From: Blastocatellia bacterium | Lineage (GTDB): Bacteria; Acidobacteriota; Blastocatellia; UBA7656 | DNA length: 64,000 nucleotides | NCBI GenBank assembly: GCA_963765495.1 | Contig: CAVXWP010000005.1 | Coordinates: 128,001-192,000 of the forward strand | Direction: 5' to 3' | In this document: in pieces, positions 39,862 to 51,333 of the stretch | Position numbering within the stretch: the first letter of the stretch is position 1 | Layout: the number at the start of each line of letters is the position of its first letter | The notes under the pieces: generated by a model | Database searches by the model: none | What the model saw: the letters and a program-made list of their open reading frames with translations, nothing else | Told to the model about the DNA's origin: nothing | Translations under genes and position numbers: made by a program

Positions 39862-42480
39862 TCGATGATTGGGAAAGTCTTATCGAAGAATTCTGCGGCA
39901 CGACCGACGGCAAAGAACTTCTAAACGCTCCTCTTGGCCCCCTCCTGCTTGAAACGGTTTCCGACAACAGCGGAATCACCGACCTTATTCTAAGGAAGTC
40001 AAAGCGAGACGAGATCAAGAAAGACCTGGCCGAAGTAAAAAAGGAGCTTGACGAGGCGACCGATCTTCTCAAGGGTCTCTTGAAATGGAAGGTGCCTGAG
40101 GAAAGCCCCGACCCCGAAGAAATCTCGTCAGGGTCGAGCGAGCGACTGCTGGGCGGTCTGCTTGTATCGCTGAACCTGCTGAACCGCAAAGGCAGCGAAT
40201 ACGCGCTGGGGAACCTGACCGACCTGACGGCCTGGGATGTAGTCAATCGCCTGCTCGACGAACTGGACGGCTTCCCGCTTTATATATCGGGCGTGGATGC
40301 GAAGACCGACAAGGGCACACGCATGGCTCTCGCCCTCGCCTCGCAGGCGGCTCTGACCGATCCACGCAAACACTACTTCGGACTGGCGGGCATGGGCTAT
40401 AACATTCAAGACGGCTTCCCCGGAAGATGCGGCGACAAAAGAGGGCGACTCTGACGCCACCACAATCGTCCTCGATAAAGAGAGCCTCACCGACGATGAA
40501 GACGAGGAAGAGGAAGTAGAACCCGAAGACCCGCCGATTGTCGAAGAGAAACCCGAAGAGAAGCCCAAGAAAAAGAGCACCCTCGAAATCAGACTGCACC
40601 TCGGCAAATGGTTTGACGGCGAGACGCTCGAAGACAACTGGTTCCGCCGTTTGCTGCCGTCTGTTCAACTCACGGAGAAAACCGCCTGGAAGCGGCGAAC
40701 GCCACTGCCCGGCATTCGTCTTTTGCCCTTTCAGCGAGTCCAGGACACCGACAACGAAAAGGCGACTTATTCGATGGCGCTGCGGGGTGATCTCCTGAGT
40801 CTGGGCTACGACTTCAAGGGAACTACCAAAGCCGGCCTCACATTTCTGAAGGCCAAAAAAGGCCCGCTTGCATATTTCGGGCTGGGCGCGGTTGAAACAC
40901 GCATCGCGCTTCTGTTTTCCAGCGAACGCGTAGCCTTTGGCATAGGCGTCAAGCTCAAGGATTTGCGTCTCTCGTTTGGTCCCAAAGAGAAAGACGGCGA
41001 GAAGAAAGACGAAAAAGCGTCAGGTGACGACCTCATCGCAGGGCTGCAAGAGTTATTGGCTGATGACTGGGTAGCGGTTCCCGCGCCTGAAAAGCCCGAC
41101 GAGAGGTCTGTCAAGCCCGGCTGAGCGCCAAGAAGAAAGACAAGTTTTCAATCTCGGTAGGCTATCTTTCCCCGCTTTCCGAAGAGAGCCACGGCACGCT
41201 CGACATCCAGCTTTACGACGAAAAGGGCAAACGCGGCAAGATGGTCTGGGTTCCGATTGACCGGCGTTCGGGACCTGTCTATTTGAAACAAATCGGCATC
41301 GGGTTGAAAGGCGTCGAAAACGTGGAGTTGAGCAAAGGGTTGAGCGATAGCGCGCAATTGACCATCGCGCTTACGGGGGGCCTGCGCTGGTCAGCTTTCG
41401 AGTTAGGCTTTATCGGCGCGAAGCTAAGTTTCCCCCTGCCGAAACCCGGCGATGTTCAATTCGGCCTCGACGGCCTGGATGTCTCATTCAAAATCGGTTC
41501 CGTCATTATCTCCGGCAGCTTTCTCAAGAACGGTCTCGAATACGCGGGCAGCCTCACGATTGACCTGCCGAAATTCTCCATCGGCGCGATGGGCTTCTAC
41601 GGCAACCTGCGCGTCTTCAGCAAGTCGTTCGACTCCGCTGTTGTCGAGGATTTGAGAGTCGGCAAGATGCACGCGAAATTGCTCGCCGAGATCGACAAGA
41701 ATCAGATCAAACCGGTCACCGACAAGGTGACGAGACGAGCCTTTTCCAATAATGAATGGGAATTCCCAACAAGGGATGATAAGAGCTACATCATCGTCGC
41801 CGAAGAAACCAAATTAACCATTTTGAGCACCGACAAGACCCTCTTCATCTACGGCATGTTGAGCGCAGCAAGCGGAGGTGGGGTAAGAATCGGGCCTATT
41901 CAATTCACCGCCATCGCGCTCGGTTTTGGACTCAATCGCCGTATTGAAACACCGGCCATCGAAGATGTAGCCGAGTTTCCGCTGGTCAAGATGGTGATGG
42001 GCGAAGGCGGCTATCAAGAAGACGACACCAGCGGCGATCTTCGCAACCAGTTGGGCGAAGCGGTCAAAGACCCTGTTTCGGTGCTGGAAGAGCTGAAAGA
42101 TGTGCTGCCCGCCGAGCGAGGTCAGTATGTCATCTGCGGCGGCGTGCGATTCACCATCGCTACGAGCGTGGACTGTTTCGGTCTGATCATCGTGCAGTTC
42201 GGCAACGACTTTGAATTCGCGCTGCTCGGTCTTGCGCGTTTCAGACAGCCGAGCGATATGAGCGCCAAACCGCTCTGCTATGTCGAGATGCAACTCTTGA
42301 TGTCGATAAAGCCGAGCGAGGGAACCTTCAAGTTACAGGCCCTGCTTACAAGCAATTCCTGGATCATAAGCAAAGATTGCAGGCTGACGGGCGGGTTTGC
42401 GGTCTACGTCTGGTTTGACGGGAAACACAAGGACGATTTCGTTGTCACGCTCGACGGGTATCATCCGCGCTTCCGGCGAC
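39862..42480 (+). pseudogene. Internal fragment of a large DUF6603-like protein with two frameshifts
   Basis: GPVYLKQIGI, FGLDGLDVSF, ALGFGLNR, FPLV, CRLTGGFA, FVVTLDGYHPRF; frame changes near 40420 and 41118; no clear start. Confidence 0.65.
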
Positions 42481-42930
42481 CCGATACCTTATCTCTACTC
42501 GGCGCATTCGCAACCGAATAATCAGGGTCTGAGAATCTCTCGCGTCAACATAAAGGCGCTCGATAACCTGCGAGATAAGCGCACTATCTCGCTTCCTCCC
42601 GGTGAAGGCGCTTACAATCTTACTATGGACAAGCGCGGCCAACAGCCGCCGGGAGCGCCGTCCAAACACCTTCGCGCCGTCAGTCTGGCCCTTTCCCCGG
42701 ACGACCGCAGGCTGTTTGTCTCGCATGAAAGGACCATCACGCAAATTGACACGGAGTCGATGACGGTGCGGGCGAGTTCAACGGTCGAATTACCCTGCCG
42801 CCTTATTCATATAAAGAAGGACACTCACTGGATCGTGTACGCGATAGGCGCGACCTACACAGATAACGGCAGCAACGTGGAAGAGTATAAGCCCCATCTT
42901 TATAGGGTTGTTTTCGTGAAGGATGAATAG
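42480..42930 (+). pseudogene. C-terminal fragment of a beta-propeller-like protein
   Basis: LALSPDDRRLFVSH...ITQIDT; joined out of frame to the DUF6603-like fragment. Confidence 0.45.
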
Positions 42931-43049
42931 ACCCGTTTCCGATTGAATGTAGGGGCAAGGCTTGTCCTTGCCCGGATCGCGCGTTAGCGCGATGACTACA
43001 TTGGCCGCATATGCGACTGGAAACTGATCTAAAAAACGCTATACCCTGT

Positions 43050-45719
43050 TCACTCACAGCGCAACGCAATGATCGGGTCTACCTTCATAGCGCGCCGCGC
43101 CGGCAGATAACAGGAAACGAACGCCACGACCGTGAGTATCACCGTAACGGCCCCGAGCACGATTGGGTCCATCGGTTTTACCTCAAACAGCAGTCCCGTC
43201 AAAAATCTTGTCAGGGCAAACGATCCCACCAATCCGAGCCCTACGCCGATTATTGCCGCGCCCATGCTGCGATTCAGGACCAGCCGCAAGACATCACCCC
43301 TGCGCGCGCCGAGTGCTATCCGAATCCCAATTTCGCGTGTCCGTTGTGATACCGAGAAACTAACCACACCGGAAATGCCAACTGCGGCGAGCGTTAAGGC
43401 GACAAACGAAAACGCCAGTAAAAGCAGCATCGGGAAGCGATGCGGCGCAAGGGAATTTGACAGAACCTCGTCCATAGTTCTGATCCCGGAAACCGCGCGA
43501 TCCGGTTCAATGCGAAGCAGCGCCTGCTTGATTGGTTTGATTAGGGGAGCAGGGCTTGAGGTCGTGCGTACGACAATCGTCATGACGGGCCATGCGGCCT
43601 GATTGTAAGGCCGAAAGAACTGAGGTCGTGATGGTTGATCCAGGCCGCTCTGTCTGACATCCTGAGCAATGCCGACTATGGTGAGCCACGGCGCGTCCGA
43701 ATCGAACCCTCCGATCTTGATGCGTTTACCGATGGGGTCTTCATCGGGCCAGTACCGTCTGGCCAGGGTCTCATTGATGACAATGACGCCGGGCGCGTTT
43801 TGCGAATCCTGCTCCGTAAATTCACGTCCACCAACGAGAGGAATTTCCATGGTCTGGAAATAGTTTGGACAAGTTATACTGTACCTCGCACTGGGCTGAT
43901 CTTCTTCCCCCGGATCGGGTCGCCCTTCGATCACGAAACCGCGACCTGCATACCCTCCGCCTATGGGCAAATGGCTGATCGCGCTGACTGCGATGACTCC
44001 GGGGATGCTTCCGACCTGTTCCTGTAATTCATGGGCAAATTGCGGATGTGTGGGAGGGCCGTAATAGAGATTTTCCTGCGGCAACGACATACTCATCGCA
44101 AGCAAATTGGTAGGATTGAGCCCCGGCTCTACATTCAGCAAGCGCATCATGCTTTGAATCATCAACCCGGCCCCGGTAAGAACAACCAGTGCCAGCGCGA
44201 CTTCCAAAATAACCAATCCCTGACGCAGTCTGGCACCGCCGCCAGCCGTTGTTCCGCGACTGCCTTCCTGCAAGGATTCGTTTACATTTCGTTTGGAAAA
44301 GATGAGCGCGGGCGCCAGACCAAAAATTATTCCGGTAAGACACGTAATGCCCCAGGTAAAGGCCAGCACTTTGAAATCAATTGTGATGTCGTTGAGTGAG
44401 CGAAACGGAACCGACCGCAGATTACCCGGTAACACCTCAAGCAAGAGACGGCTGCTCCAAATGGCAACCAGGATTCCACTGAGCCCGCCCGCAAAGGCCA
44501 GCAATAAACTCTCCGTCAATAACTGGCGAACCATGCGAGCGCGGCTGGCGCCAAGCGCAGAACGAATCGCCAACTCCCTTTGCCGCATCGCCCCACGCGC
44601 CATCAGCAAATTAGCCACGTTGACGCACGCAATCAGCAATACAAAGCCAGCCACAGAGAGCAATGTCAACAACATCATCCGTTGATCTTCCAGGCCAAAC
44701 CCGCCCATTGACTCTACAGTCACGCTCTTTCCGGCATTGTCTTTAGGATACTGCTCGGCCAGGCTCAGCCCGATGGTGTTCATCTGCGCGCGTGCCTGCT
44801 CCATCGTCACACGGGGCTTGAGGCGTGCGATGACAATGAAGGAATGCGAGCCGCGCTCCCGATCGCCTTCGGTATAAACAACCGGCACCCACAATTGTCG
44901 CGGCTCACTCCAGAATTGAAACTCGAATTCCGGCGGCATCACGCCTATGACAGTAAAGTCCTCGCCATCCATTTTGATGGTTTTGCCCAACAGGTCCGGA
45001 TCAGCCGCATAGCGTGAATGCCATAGCCCATCGCTGATTACGACTACCTGATGTTTGCCCGGAGTCTCTTCATCCGGCAGGAATGTGCGCCCTATCCGGG
45101 GTTTGACGCCCAGAACCTCAAAAAAACTTGAGGAGACACGAACACCTGAAACTCGCTCCGGCTCGCCGCCCCCCGCAAGGTTGTAACCGTTCCCCGCCGA
45201 GTCGAACATCGCTATACTCGCAAAAACATCGTTCTGCCGCTGCCAGTCCTCAAAATTTGGCGCGGAAACGATATTCCAGCTCTCCGGGTCGTTGACCTGT
45301 GATTCCCACAATAGAACCAGACGTTCGGCCTCAGGGAACGGCAGGGGCTTCAGCAGGAGTGAGTTGATCACACTGAAGATCGTTGTGTTGGCACCAATTC
45401 CCAGGGCCAGCGTGATCACGGCAATTATGGTGAAGCCGGGTTTCGTCAATAATATGCGTGCGCCGTAGCGCAAATCTTGCCACATCGTATTTATTGTCTG
45501 CCCCATTCTGACCTCCCTGACGCTCTCTTTGATTTGCTCCACACCGCCCATCTCGATAAAGGCCACGCGCCGCGCCTCTGCCGGATCAAGACCCTCGGCG
45601 ATCTTTGTCTCGGCAAGCATCTCCAAATATGCCTGAACCTCTTCGGTGAGTTCGTGTTCCACCCGATCCTTATTCACCAGATTTCGCCAAAGGCTTGATA
45701 GGCGAGAGAGTATTGGCAT
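43050..45719 (-). CDS. Acidobacterial duplicated orphan permease (ADOP, MacB/FtsX-like)
   Basis: [57 protein letters not shown]. Confidence 0.93.
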   Translation of the reverse strand: MPILSRLSSLWRNLVNKDRVEHELTEEVQAYLEMLAETKIAEGLDPAEARRVAFIEMGGVEQIKESVREVRMGQTINTMWQDLRYGARILLTKPGFTIIAVITLALGIGANTTIFSVINSLLLKPLPFPEAERLVLLWESQVNDPESWNIVSAPNFEDWQRQNDVFASIAMFDSAGNGYNLAGGGEPERVSGVRVSSSFFEVLGVKPRIGRTFLPDEETPGKHQVVVISDGLWHSRYAADPDLLGKTIKMDGEDFTVIGVMPPEFEFQFWSEPRQLWVPVVYTEGDRERGSHSFIVIARLKPRVTMEQARAQMNTIGLSLAEQYPKDNAGKSVTVESMGGFGLEDQRMMLLTLLSVAGFVLLIACVNVANLLMARGAMRQRELAIRSALGASRARMVRQLLTESLLLAFAGGLSGILVAIWSSRLLLEVLPGNLRSVPFRSLNDITIDFKVLAFTWGITCLTGIIFGLAPALIFSKRNVNESLQEGSRGTTAGGGARLRQGLVILEVALALVVLTGAGLMIQSMMRLLNVEPGLNPTNLLAMSMSLPQENLYYGPPTHPQFAHELQEQVGSIPGVIAVSAISHLPIGGGYAGRGFVIEGRPDPGEEDQPSARYSITCPNYFQTMEIPLVGGREFTEQDSQNAPGVIVINETLARRYWPDEDPIGKRIKIGGFDSDAPWLTIVGIAQDVRQSGLDQPSRPQFFRPYNQAAWPVMTIVVRTTSSPAPLIKPIKQALLRIEPDRAVSGIRTMDEVLSNSLAPHRFPMLLLLAFSFVALTLAAVGISGVVSFSVSQRTREIGIRIALGARRGDVLRLVLNRSMGAAIIGVGLGLVGSFALTRFLTGLLFEVKPMDPIVLGAVTVILTVVAFVSCYLPARRAMKVDPIIALRCE

Positions 45720-45731
45720 CGACCCCCCCTG

Positions 45732-46070
45732 CTATGTCGCCTTAAGAGCGCTGTTCATCGCCAGTGCGATTCGGTTCCAGTCTTCGGTTTCGGTTTCAAG
45801 CTGCAACTGCCCGGCTTTTGTCAGTCGGTAATATTTCGCCCGGCGCTTGTTGTCTGACTCTCCCCATGACGATTTTAGCCAGCCCGCCTCCTCCATCCGG
45901 TGTAAGGCAGGGAACAAAGACCCGGGCTTGACTTTGAAAGTTCCCCTTGTGATCTGCTCAATGCGATGAGAGACGCCCAGACCGTGCAGCGGGCCGAGGG
46001 CCAGTGCCTTGAGCACCAGCAGATCAAGAGTGCCCTGTAACAAATCGGTTTTCTTTTCCTTCACGCTCAT
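45732..46070 (-). CDS. PadR-family regulator (acidobacterial)
   Basis: LLQGTLDLLVLKAL, GSLFPALHRME, RRAKYYRLT. Confidence 0.92.
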   Translation of the reverse strand: MSVKEKKTDLLQGTLDLLVLKALALGPLHGLGVSHRIEQITRGTFKVKPGSLFPALHRMEEAGWLKSSWGESDNKRRAKYYRLTKAGQLQLETETEDWNRIALAMNSALKAT

Positions 46071-46073
46071 TCT

Positions 46074-46128
46074 CCTATAGTCAATCTGTAGGTTGTAATA
46101 ATACTTTCTCGTATAGGATGTCAATAGG
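46074..46128. promoter_or_regulatory. Two 7-5-7 palindromes, candidate PadR operators, over the padR RBS and -35
   Basis: CCTATAG-N5-CTGTAGG (46074-46092) and CGTATAG-N5-CAATAGG (46110-46128); minus-strand TTGACA at 46119-46124. Confidence 0.5.
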
Positions 46129-46342
46129 GGATTTGCATTGAGAGGATATTAAAGGAGATGAGCGGGGCCGTTTACTTTTCAGATTGGCCTCCCGAGATGA
46201 TGAGAACTTACGGGTTGCTTTATGAAAAGCTTTGCATACTTTTTGCCTCAGCGAGCACCTGATTCTCACCCATCCGCTTCGCTGAAGGACCAAAGATGAT
46301 ATACCTTGTAAGGAATAATTACGGCTTGTTAGGATTGAACAC

Positions 46343-47959
46343 ATGGAGACAAGAATCAAAACCGACGTAGCCATTATTGGGGCGGGTCCGACGGGACTCA
46401 GCCTGGCCTGTCAGTTCGTCAGAAATGGGATTGATTTTGTCATTCTTGAGAAGAAAGAAGGCGTTACGCCATACTCCAAAGCCATCGGCGTTCAAGCCCG
46501 CACGCTTGAGATTTTTGAGCAAATCGGTTTGGCGCAAAAAGCAGTTGAACAGGGTACAATTGCCGAAAAAGGCCGCTTGATAATAGGCGGCGAAGTGCGC
46601 GGCGAACTCGATCTTTCCAATATTGGAGAGGGCTTAAGCCCTTTTCCATTTGTGCTGATGTTGGAGCAAAGCAAAACTGAGCAGCTTCTTTACGAGTATC
46701 TGCAAAAACATCAGAAAGATGTTCTATGGAAAACCGAACTCGAAAGTTTTTCTCAGGACGCCGGCGGCGTAGCGGCGCGAGTTAAGACTGCCGACGGCGC
46801 ATCTCAAGTTATAGAGGCCAAATATCTGGTTGGCTGCGACGGGCCGAAAAGTCTGGTCAGACACACGCTCGGACTCACATTTGAGGGCAGCACGTTCGAG
46901 CGTATTTTCTATGTCGCCGACACGCAGATTGACTGGAATCTGAGCCACGACGCGCTGCACGTATGTTTCTCTGAAGACTCATTCGTAGTTTTCTTTCCGC
47001 TCAAGGGCGAGAAGCGTTATCGCATTGTGGGCATTTTCCCCGAAGAATTTAATAAAGATGCAGACGACATACTGTATGAAGAAATTGAAGCGAGAATAAA
47101 GGATGAATCCAAACTCGACCTCGATATTCACGATGTCGAATGGTTTTCAACCTACAAAGTCCATACGCGCCACGTCAATAAATTCTCGGCAGGCCGGGGT
47201 TTTCTGGCAGGAGACGCAGCGCACATTCACTCGCCCGCCGGAGCGCAGGGAATGAACACGGGTATTCAAGACGCTTACAATCTGGCCTGGAAAATGGCTC
47301 TGGTTGTTCGGGGTGAGGCAGACGCAAAAATACTTGAAACCTACAACGAAGAACGGCTCGAAAATGCCAAACATCTTTTGAAAACAACCGACCGGCTTTT
47401 TGAGTTCGCCGCCGGTACGGAATGGTTTCTCGCGTTTCTTCGCACGAAAGTCTTACCGCCCGTTGCAAAATATGTCTTCCGCTCCGATACGGTTAGAGAA
47501 TTCGTCTTCCCGTTGATTTCTCAAATCGGCATCAATTACCGGCATAGTTCGCTCAGCAAACACACCGGGGATGAAAATTTCGAAGTCAAAGCCGGAGACC
47601 GAATGCCATATTTTTTAGTTGACCGCGAGAGCGTTTATGACAAACTGCGTCAGCCGAAATTCCATTTCCTTGTTTTTTCAAACGGGAAAAGCGATTGTCA
47701 GGAATTGAAAACGGAACTCGAAGATGAATACTCGGAGATGGTTGATTTCAACATAATTCCGCTTTACCCACACGTGGCAGAGGTCTTTGGCGCGGACAAA
47801 TCATTTAGCTTGCTGTTAAGACCTGATAATCACATAGGATTTATATCTTTGAAGAGTTCGCCCGATGATCTAAGAGAGTATCTAAACAGGTTCGTCGCCG
47901 TAAAGCGCCAGCGGCGCGGGGCATCGGTATTGGATGCTCATTCCAACCCGAATTCTTGA
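46343..47959 (+). CDS. FAD-dependent monooxygenase (PheA/TfdB-like)
   Basis: GAGPTG, GCDG, LAGDAAHIHSPAGAQGMNTGIQDA. Confidence 0.92.
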   Translation: METRIKTDVAIIGAGPTGLSLACQFVRNGIDFVILEKKEGVTPYSKAIGVQARTLEIFEQIGLAQKAVEQGTIAEKGRLIIGGEVRGELDLSNIGEGLSPFPFVLMLEQSKTEQLLYEYLQKHQKDVLWKTELESFSQDAGGVAARVKTADGASQVIEAKYLVGCDGPKSLVRHTLGLTFEGSTFERIFYVADTQIDWNLSHDALHVCFSEDSFVVFFPLKGEKRYRIVGIFPEEFNKDADDILYEEIEARIKDESKLDLDIHDVEWFSTYKVHTRHVNKFSAGRGFLAGDAAHIHSPAGAQGMNTGIQDAYNLAWKMALVVRGEADAKILETYNEERLENAKHLLKTTDRLFEFAAGTEWFLAFLRTKVLPPVAKYVFRSDTVREFVFPLISQIGINYRHSSLSKHTGDENFEVKAGDRMPYFLVDRESVYDKLRQPKFHFLVFSNGKSDCQELKTELEDEYSEMVDFNIIPLYPHVAEVFGADKSFSLLLRPDNHIGFISLKSSPDDLREYLNRFVAVKRQRRGASVLDAHSNPNS

Positions 47960-48156
47960 TAACGCTCGGGTGCGTATTTAGCGGCCAGCAAGCCGGTTGC
48001 TTCCTCGACTTTGATCGGGCGACGCCAGGGCAATGATCGTGGATGACCTCCGATGATAATGGATTCGACTGTTTTACAAGCCGCTGTTTTCTGTTGTTTT
48101 TCTATCCTCTTTGCCATCTCGACGCGGTAAGGCGCGTATGATATATCTGGATCATT

Positions 48157-49293
48157 TCACCGCGCTCCGGTTCTCGGCAGCGACGAATTCGCCCTCAATC
48201 TCACCGTCTTGCCGGTCTTCGCCGACTCCCTCGCCGCGTCCAGTATTCTCATGACGATGACGTTGTTGCTCAATGAGGATAAGTCTCCATCGACGACCTT
48301 GACTTCCCCTCGGACGACGGCGGCCAGATAGGTGAACGGGCCATCCACCGGAGCGTGCTTCGGCTCGAGCGCGAGCGAGCGCTCGTCGGTCTCATTTGCC
48401 GTGCGAACGCGCAGGTTCCGCCCGTCGAGCGCGCGCACATAGCCGGTCTGTCCGTACACCTCCATGTCCTTTCGGCCAAAGGGCCAGTTCCAGGACGGTT
48501 CGAGGATCGCCTGTGCTTTCGGATACGTGATGATGATCGTCGCCTCGTCTTCTACCCTCGGATAGGTTTCGGGTTTGATCTGCTGTGTTACCGCCGTCAC
48601 CGTAAGAGGTTCGACGCCTCGCATGAGCCAGGTCGTCAGGTTGGCACCATAGCATCCAAAGTCCATGAGAGCACCCCCTCCGTTGCGAGCGGGATCAATC
48701 AGCCACTCCAGGAACTCATCTTGTACGCCGATTTCCTTTGGCCCCTGATGCCCGTCGCGAATGACGAGCTTACGGATCGGCCCGATGGCCCGCTGATCCT
48801 GAACGAGGTCGTATACAGCCTGAGTGCTCGGGTACCATGTCGTTTCGTAGTTGGTGAGAACGTGGATCGCGTACTTCTTCGCAAGCGCCTGTATCGTCAA
48901 GGCCTGTTGCAGGTCGAGGGCGAGCGGTTTCTCAACCATCACATGCACGCCATGTGGGGCGCAGGCCTTTACGACTTTCAGGTGATCGGAGGTCGGCCCG
49001 AAAGCAGCCACGGCTTCCGGCTTTACGGTCTCAAGCATTTTCTCGATGTTTGTGAAGACGATATCCTCGCGAAAGCCATACTGTTTCACGTAGCTATCCA
49101 CGATTTTTCGGTTTGGTTCGTATATCCCGACAAGCTCAATATCGCCCGCCGGGAGATGCCCGAAAACCCCATGTACGTGTCCGTGGCTCAATCCTGCGAT
49201 TGCAAGCCTGAGCGGTCTCGAGGACGCTAGCTGAGCGTTCGCGCCGTAGGCCAGACACAACACGGTGCCAAAAAGACAGAGTATTAGTTTCAT
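48157..49293 (-). CDS. Secreted Gfo/Idh/MocA oxidoreductase
   Basis: Signal peptide, VEKPLA, GGGALMDFGCYG. Confidence 0.9.
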   Translation of the reverse strand: MKLILCLFGTVLCLAYGANAQLASSRPLRLAIAGLSHGHVHGVFGHLPAGDIELVGIYEPNRKIVDSYVKQYGFREDIVFTNIEKMLETVKPEAVAAFGPTSDHLKVVKACAPHGVHVMVEKPLALDLQQALTIQALAKKYAIHVLTNYETTWYPSTQAVYDLVQDQRAIGPIRKLVIRDGHQGPKEIGVQDEFLEWLIDPARNGGGALMDFGCYGANLTTWLMRGVEPLTVTAVTQQIKPETYPRVEDEATIIITYPKAQAILEPSWNWPFGRKDMEVYGQTGYVRALDGRNLRVRTANETDERSLALEPKHAPVDGPFTYLAAVVRGEVKVVDGDLSSLSNNVIVMRILDAARESAKTGKTVRLRANSSLPRTGAR

Positions 49294-49479
49294 GTAGAGA
49301 ATTCTCCTTCACCGAGACTTCGCCGCCCCGCTGGTTGCCGAAGTCCGTCCGCTGATAGTGTCTACGTGCCGAAGTTTACATCCTGAGATCGACTTTAGCC
49401 ATTGAGCAGACGGGGTACTAAAAATGTAGACGAAAAGGGATGTTGCTGGTATTGTGCCCGATAACAATAGGAGAGGACA

Positions 49480-51072
49480 TTGATAAATATTCATCGAACG
49501 TTTCTAAAGTATGGGCGGGCGCTGTGGCTCGCCGCCCTGGCGGTATGTATGCTAACCCTGCCCGTTTCTCGGCAGGCGCAGGCTCAAAACCCGGGACAGT
49601 ATAAGGCTACTTTGGTGATCCATTCCGATCGGCCCGGGGCTGTGATTAACCGCAGCATCTACGGTCAGTTTGCCGAGCACCTCGGGCGCTTGATATACGA
49701 CGGCATCTGGGTTGGGGAGGGCTCGCCCGTCCCAAACACGCGGGGCCTGCGCAACGACATCGTCGCCGCTCTTAAAGAGTTGCACATCCCCGTCCTGCGC
49801 TGGCCGGGCGGGTGCTTCGCCGATGAGTACCACTGGCGCGACGGCATAGGACCGCGTGACAAACGCCCGAGGCGGCCCAACGCGAGTTGGGGAGGCATCG
49901 ACACGAATGCCTTTGGCACTCACGAGTTCATGGACCTCTGTGAGATGATTGGGGCCGATGCTTACATCAACGGGAACGTCGGGACGGGGACGCCGCAGGA
50001 GATGATGGAGTGGATCGAGTACATGACGTCCGACTCCGACTCCACCCTCGCCAACCTACGCCGCCAGAACGGGCGCGAGAAGCCCTGGAAGATTCCGTAC
50101 TTCGCGGTCGGCAACGAATCTTGGGGCTGCGGCGGGAACATGCGGCCGGAGTTCTACGCCGACGTGTACCGGCAGTACGCCACCTTTATCAAGAACCACT
50201 CGGGGAACCACATTCAGAAGCTGGCCGTCGGGCCGTACGGCGACAACTACAATTGGACGGAAGTGCTGATGGCGCAGGCGGCGAAGCAAATGGATGGCCT
50301 GTCACTGCATTACTACACGTTGCCGACCGGCGACTGGGAAAAAAAGGGCTCGGCGACACAGTTTGGCGAGAAGGAATGGCATGCGACGCTCGTTCGCACC
50401 CTGGGCATCGAAGAGATTATCGAGAAACAGAGCGCCATCATGGACAAGTACGACCCGCAGAAGCACGTCGGGCTGATGGTTGACGAGTGGGGCACGTGGT
50501 ACGACAGCGAGCCGGGCACGGGCGTTCTCTACCAGCAGAACACCCTCAGGGACGCGGTCGTGGCAGGGATAAACCTGAACATCTTCAACCGGCACGCCGA
50601 CCGCGTGAAGATGGCCAACATCGCGCAGATGATCAACGTCCTCCAGGCGATGATCCTGACCGACAAAGATAAGATGGTGCTGACGCCGACCTACTATGTC
50701 TTCAGGATGTACAGGGTGCACCAGGGTGCGACGTTGATCCCGGTCGAGTTGAGCGCCCCGGAGTACAGGTTGGAGCAAGCGTCGCTGCCGTCGCTGAACG
50801 CCTCGGCCTCGCGCGACGGCGAAGGGAGGCTGCATTTGTCGATCGTCAACCTCGACCCGAACCGCACGGCCGAGGTTGCGGCGACGCTTGCCGGCTCTTC
50901 GGTCAATAGCGTTAGCGGAGAAGTGCTCACGGCCGCTGCGATAAACGCCTCGAATACGTTCGATAATCCGAACGCCGTCAAGCCATCTCGGTTCGGCGGT
51001 TACAAACTTCAAGGCTCGCAACTGTCCCTGAGCGTTCCACCGAAGTCAGTTGTGGTGCTGGAGCTTAAATAG
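49480..51072 (+). CDS. Alpha-L-arabinofuranosidase (GH51)
   Basis: [40 protein letters not shown]. Confidence 0.93.
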   Translation: MINIHRTFLKYGRALWLAALAVCMLTLPVSRQAQAQNPGQYKATLVIHSDRPGAVINRSIYGQFAEHLGRLIYDGIWVGEGSPVPNTRGLRNDIVAALKELHIPVLRWPGGCFADEYHWRDGIGPRDKRPRRPNASWGGIDTNAFGTHEFMDLCEMIGADAYINGNVGTGTPQEMMEWIEYMTSDSDSTLANLRRQNGREKPWKIPYFAVGNESWGCGGNMRPEFYADVYRQYATFIKNHSGNHIQKLAVGPYGDNYNWTEVLMAQAAKQMDGLSLHYYTLPTGDWEKKGSATQFGEKEWHATLVRTLGIEEIIEKQSAIMDKYDPQKHVGLMVDEWGTWYDSEPGTGVLYQQNTLRDAVVAGINLNIFNRHADRVKMANIAQMINVLQAMILTDKDKMVLTPTYYVFRMYRVHQGATLIPVELSAPEYRLEQASLPSLNASASRDGEGRLHLSIVNLDPNRTAEVAATLAGSSVNSVSGEVLTAAAINASNTFDNPNAVKPSRFGGYKLQGSQLSLSVPPKSVVVLELK

Positions 51073-51078
51073 TTCGGC

Positions 51079-51113
51079 TGGCCCGCGAGCGCACATCTGG
51101 CGCTCGCGGGCCA
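51079..51113 (+). terminator. Strong hairpin after the GH51 gene
   Basis: tggcccgcgagcgc-acatctg-gcgctcgcgggcca, 14-bp perfect stem; weak U-tract. Confidence 0.55.
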
Positions 51114-51333
51114 TTGATGAAACCGCCTACATGTTTTTCAAACGCCTCGGCTCGGGTCATTGTTAAATCCGAAACATCGCCTTTCTTCCGAGGACACCCG
51201 GAAAGATTCTGACTGGCAATTAACGACTGGTGGAGGAATGCCGTAATATATTTCGATCAACCGTGGATGCCGTCGGGTATTGCTGGCTGGCTTGTAGTCG
51301 GGTGAGACGCCGCTGAAGCAGGGGAGAGATGAC

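Noticed and set aside
39861-40246. N-terminal part of the 186-aa ORF 39686-40246 as a real protein
   Set aside because: It is a Ser/Arg-rich antisense shadow of the plus-strand fragment; only the last ~58 codons look protein-like.
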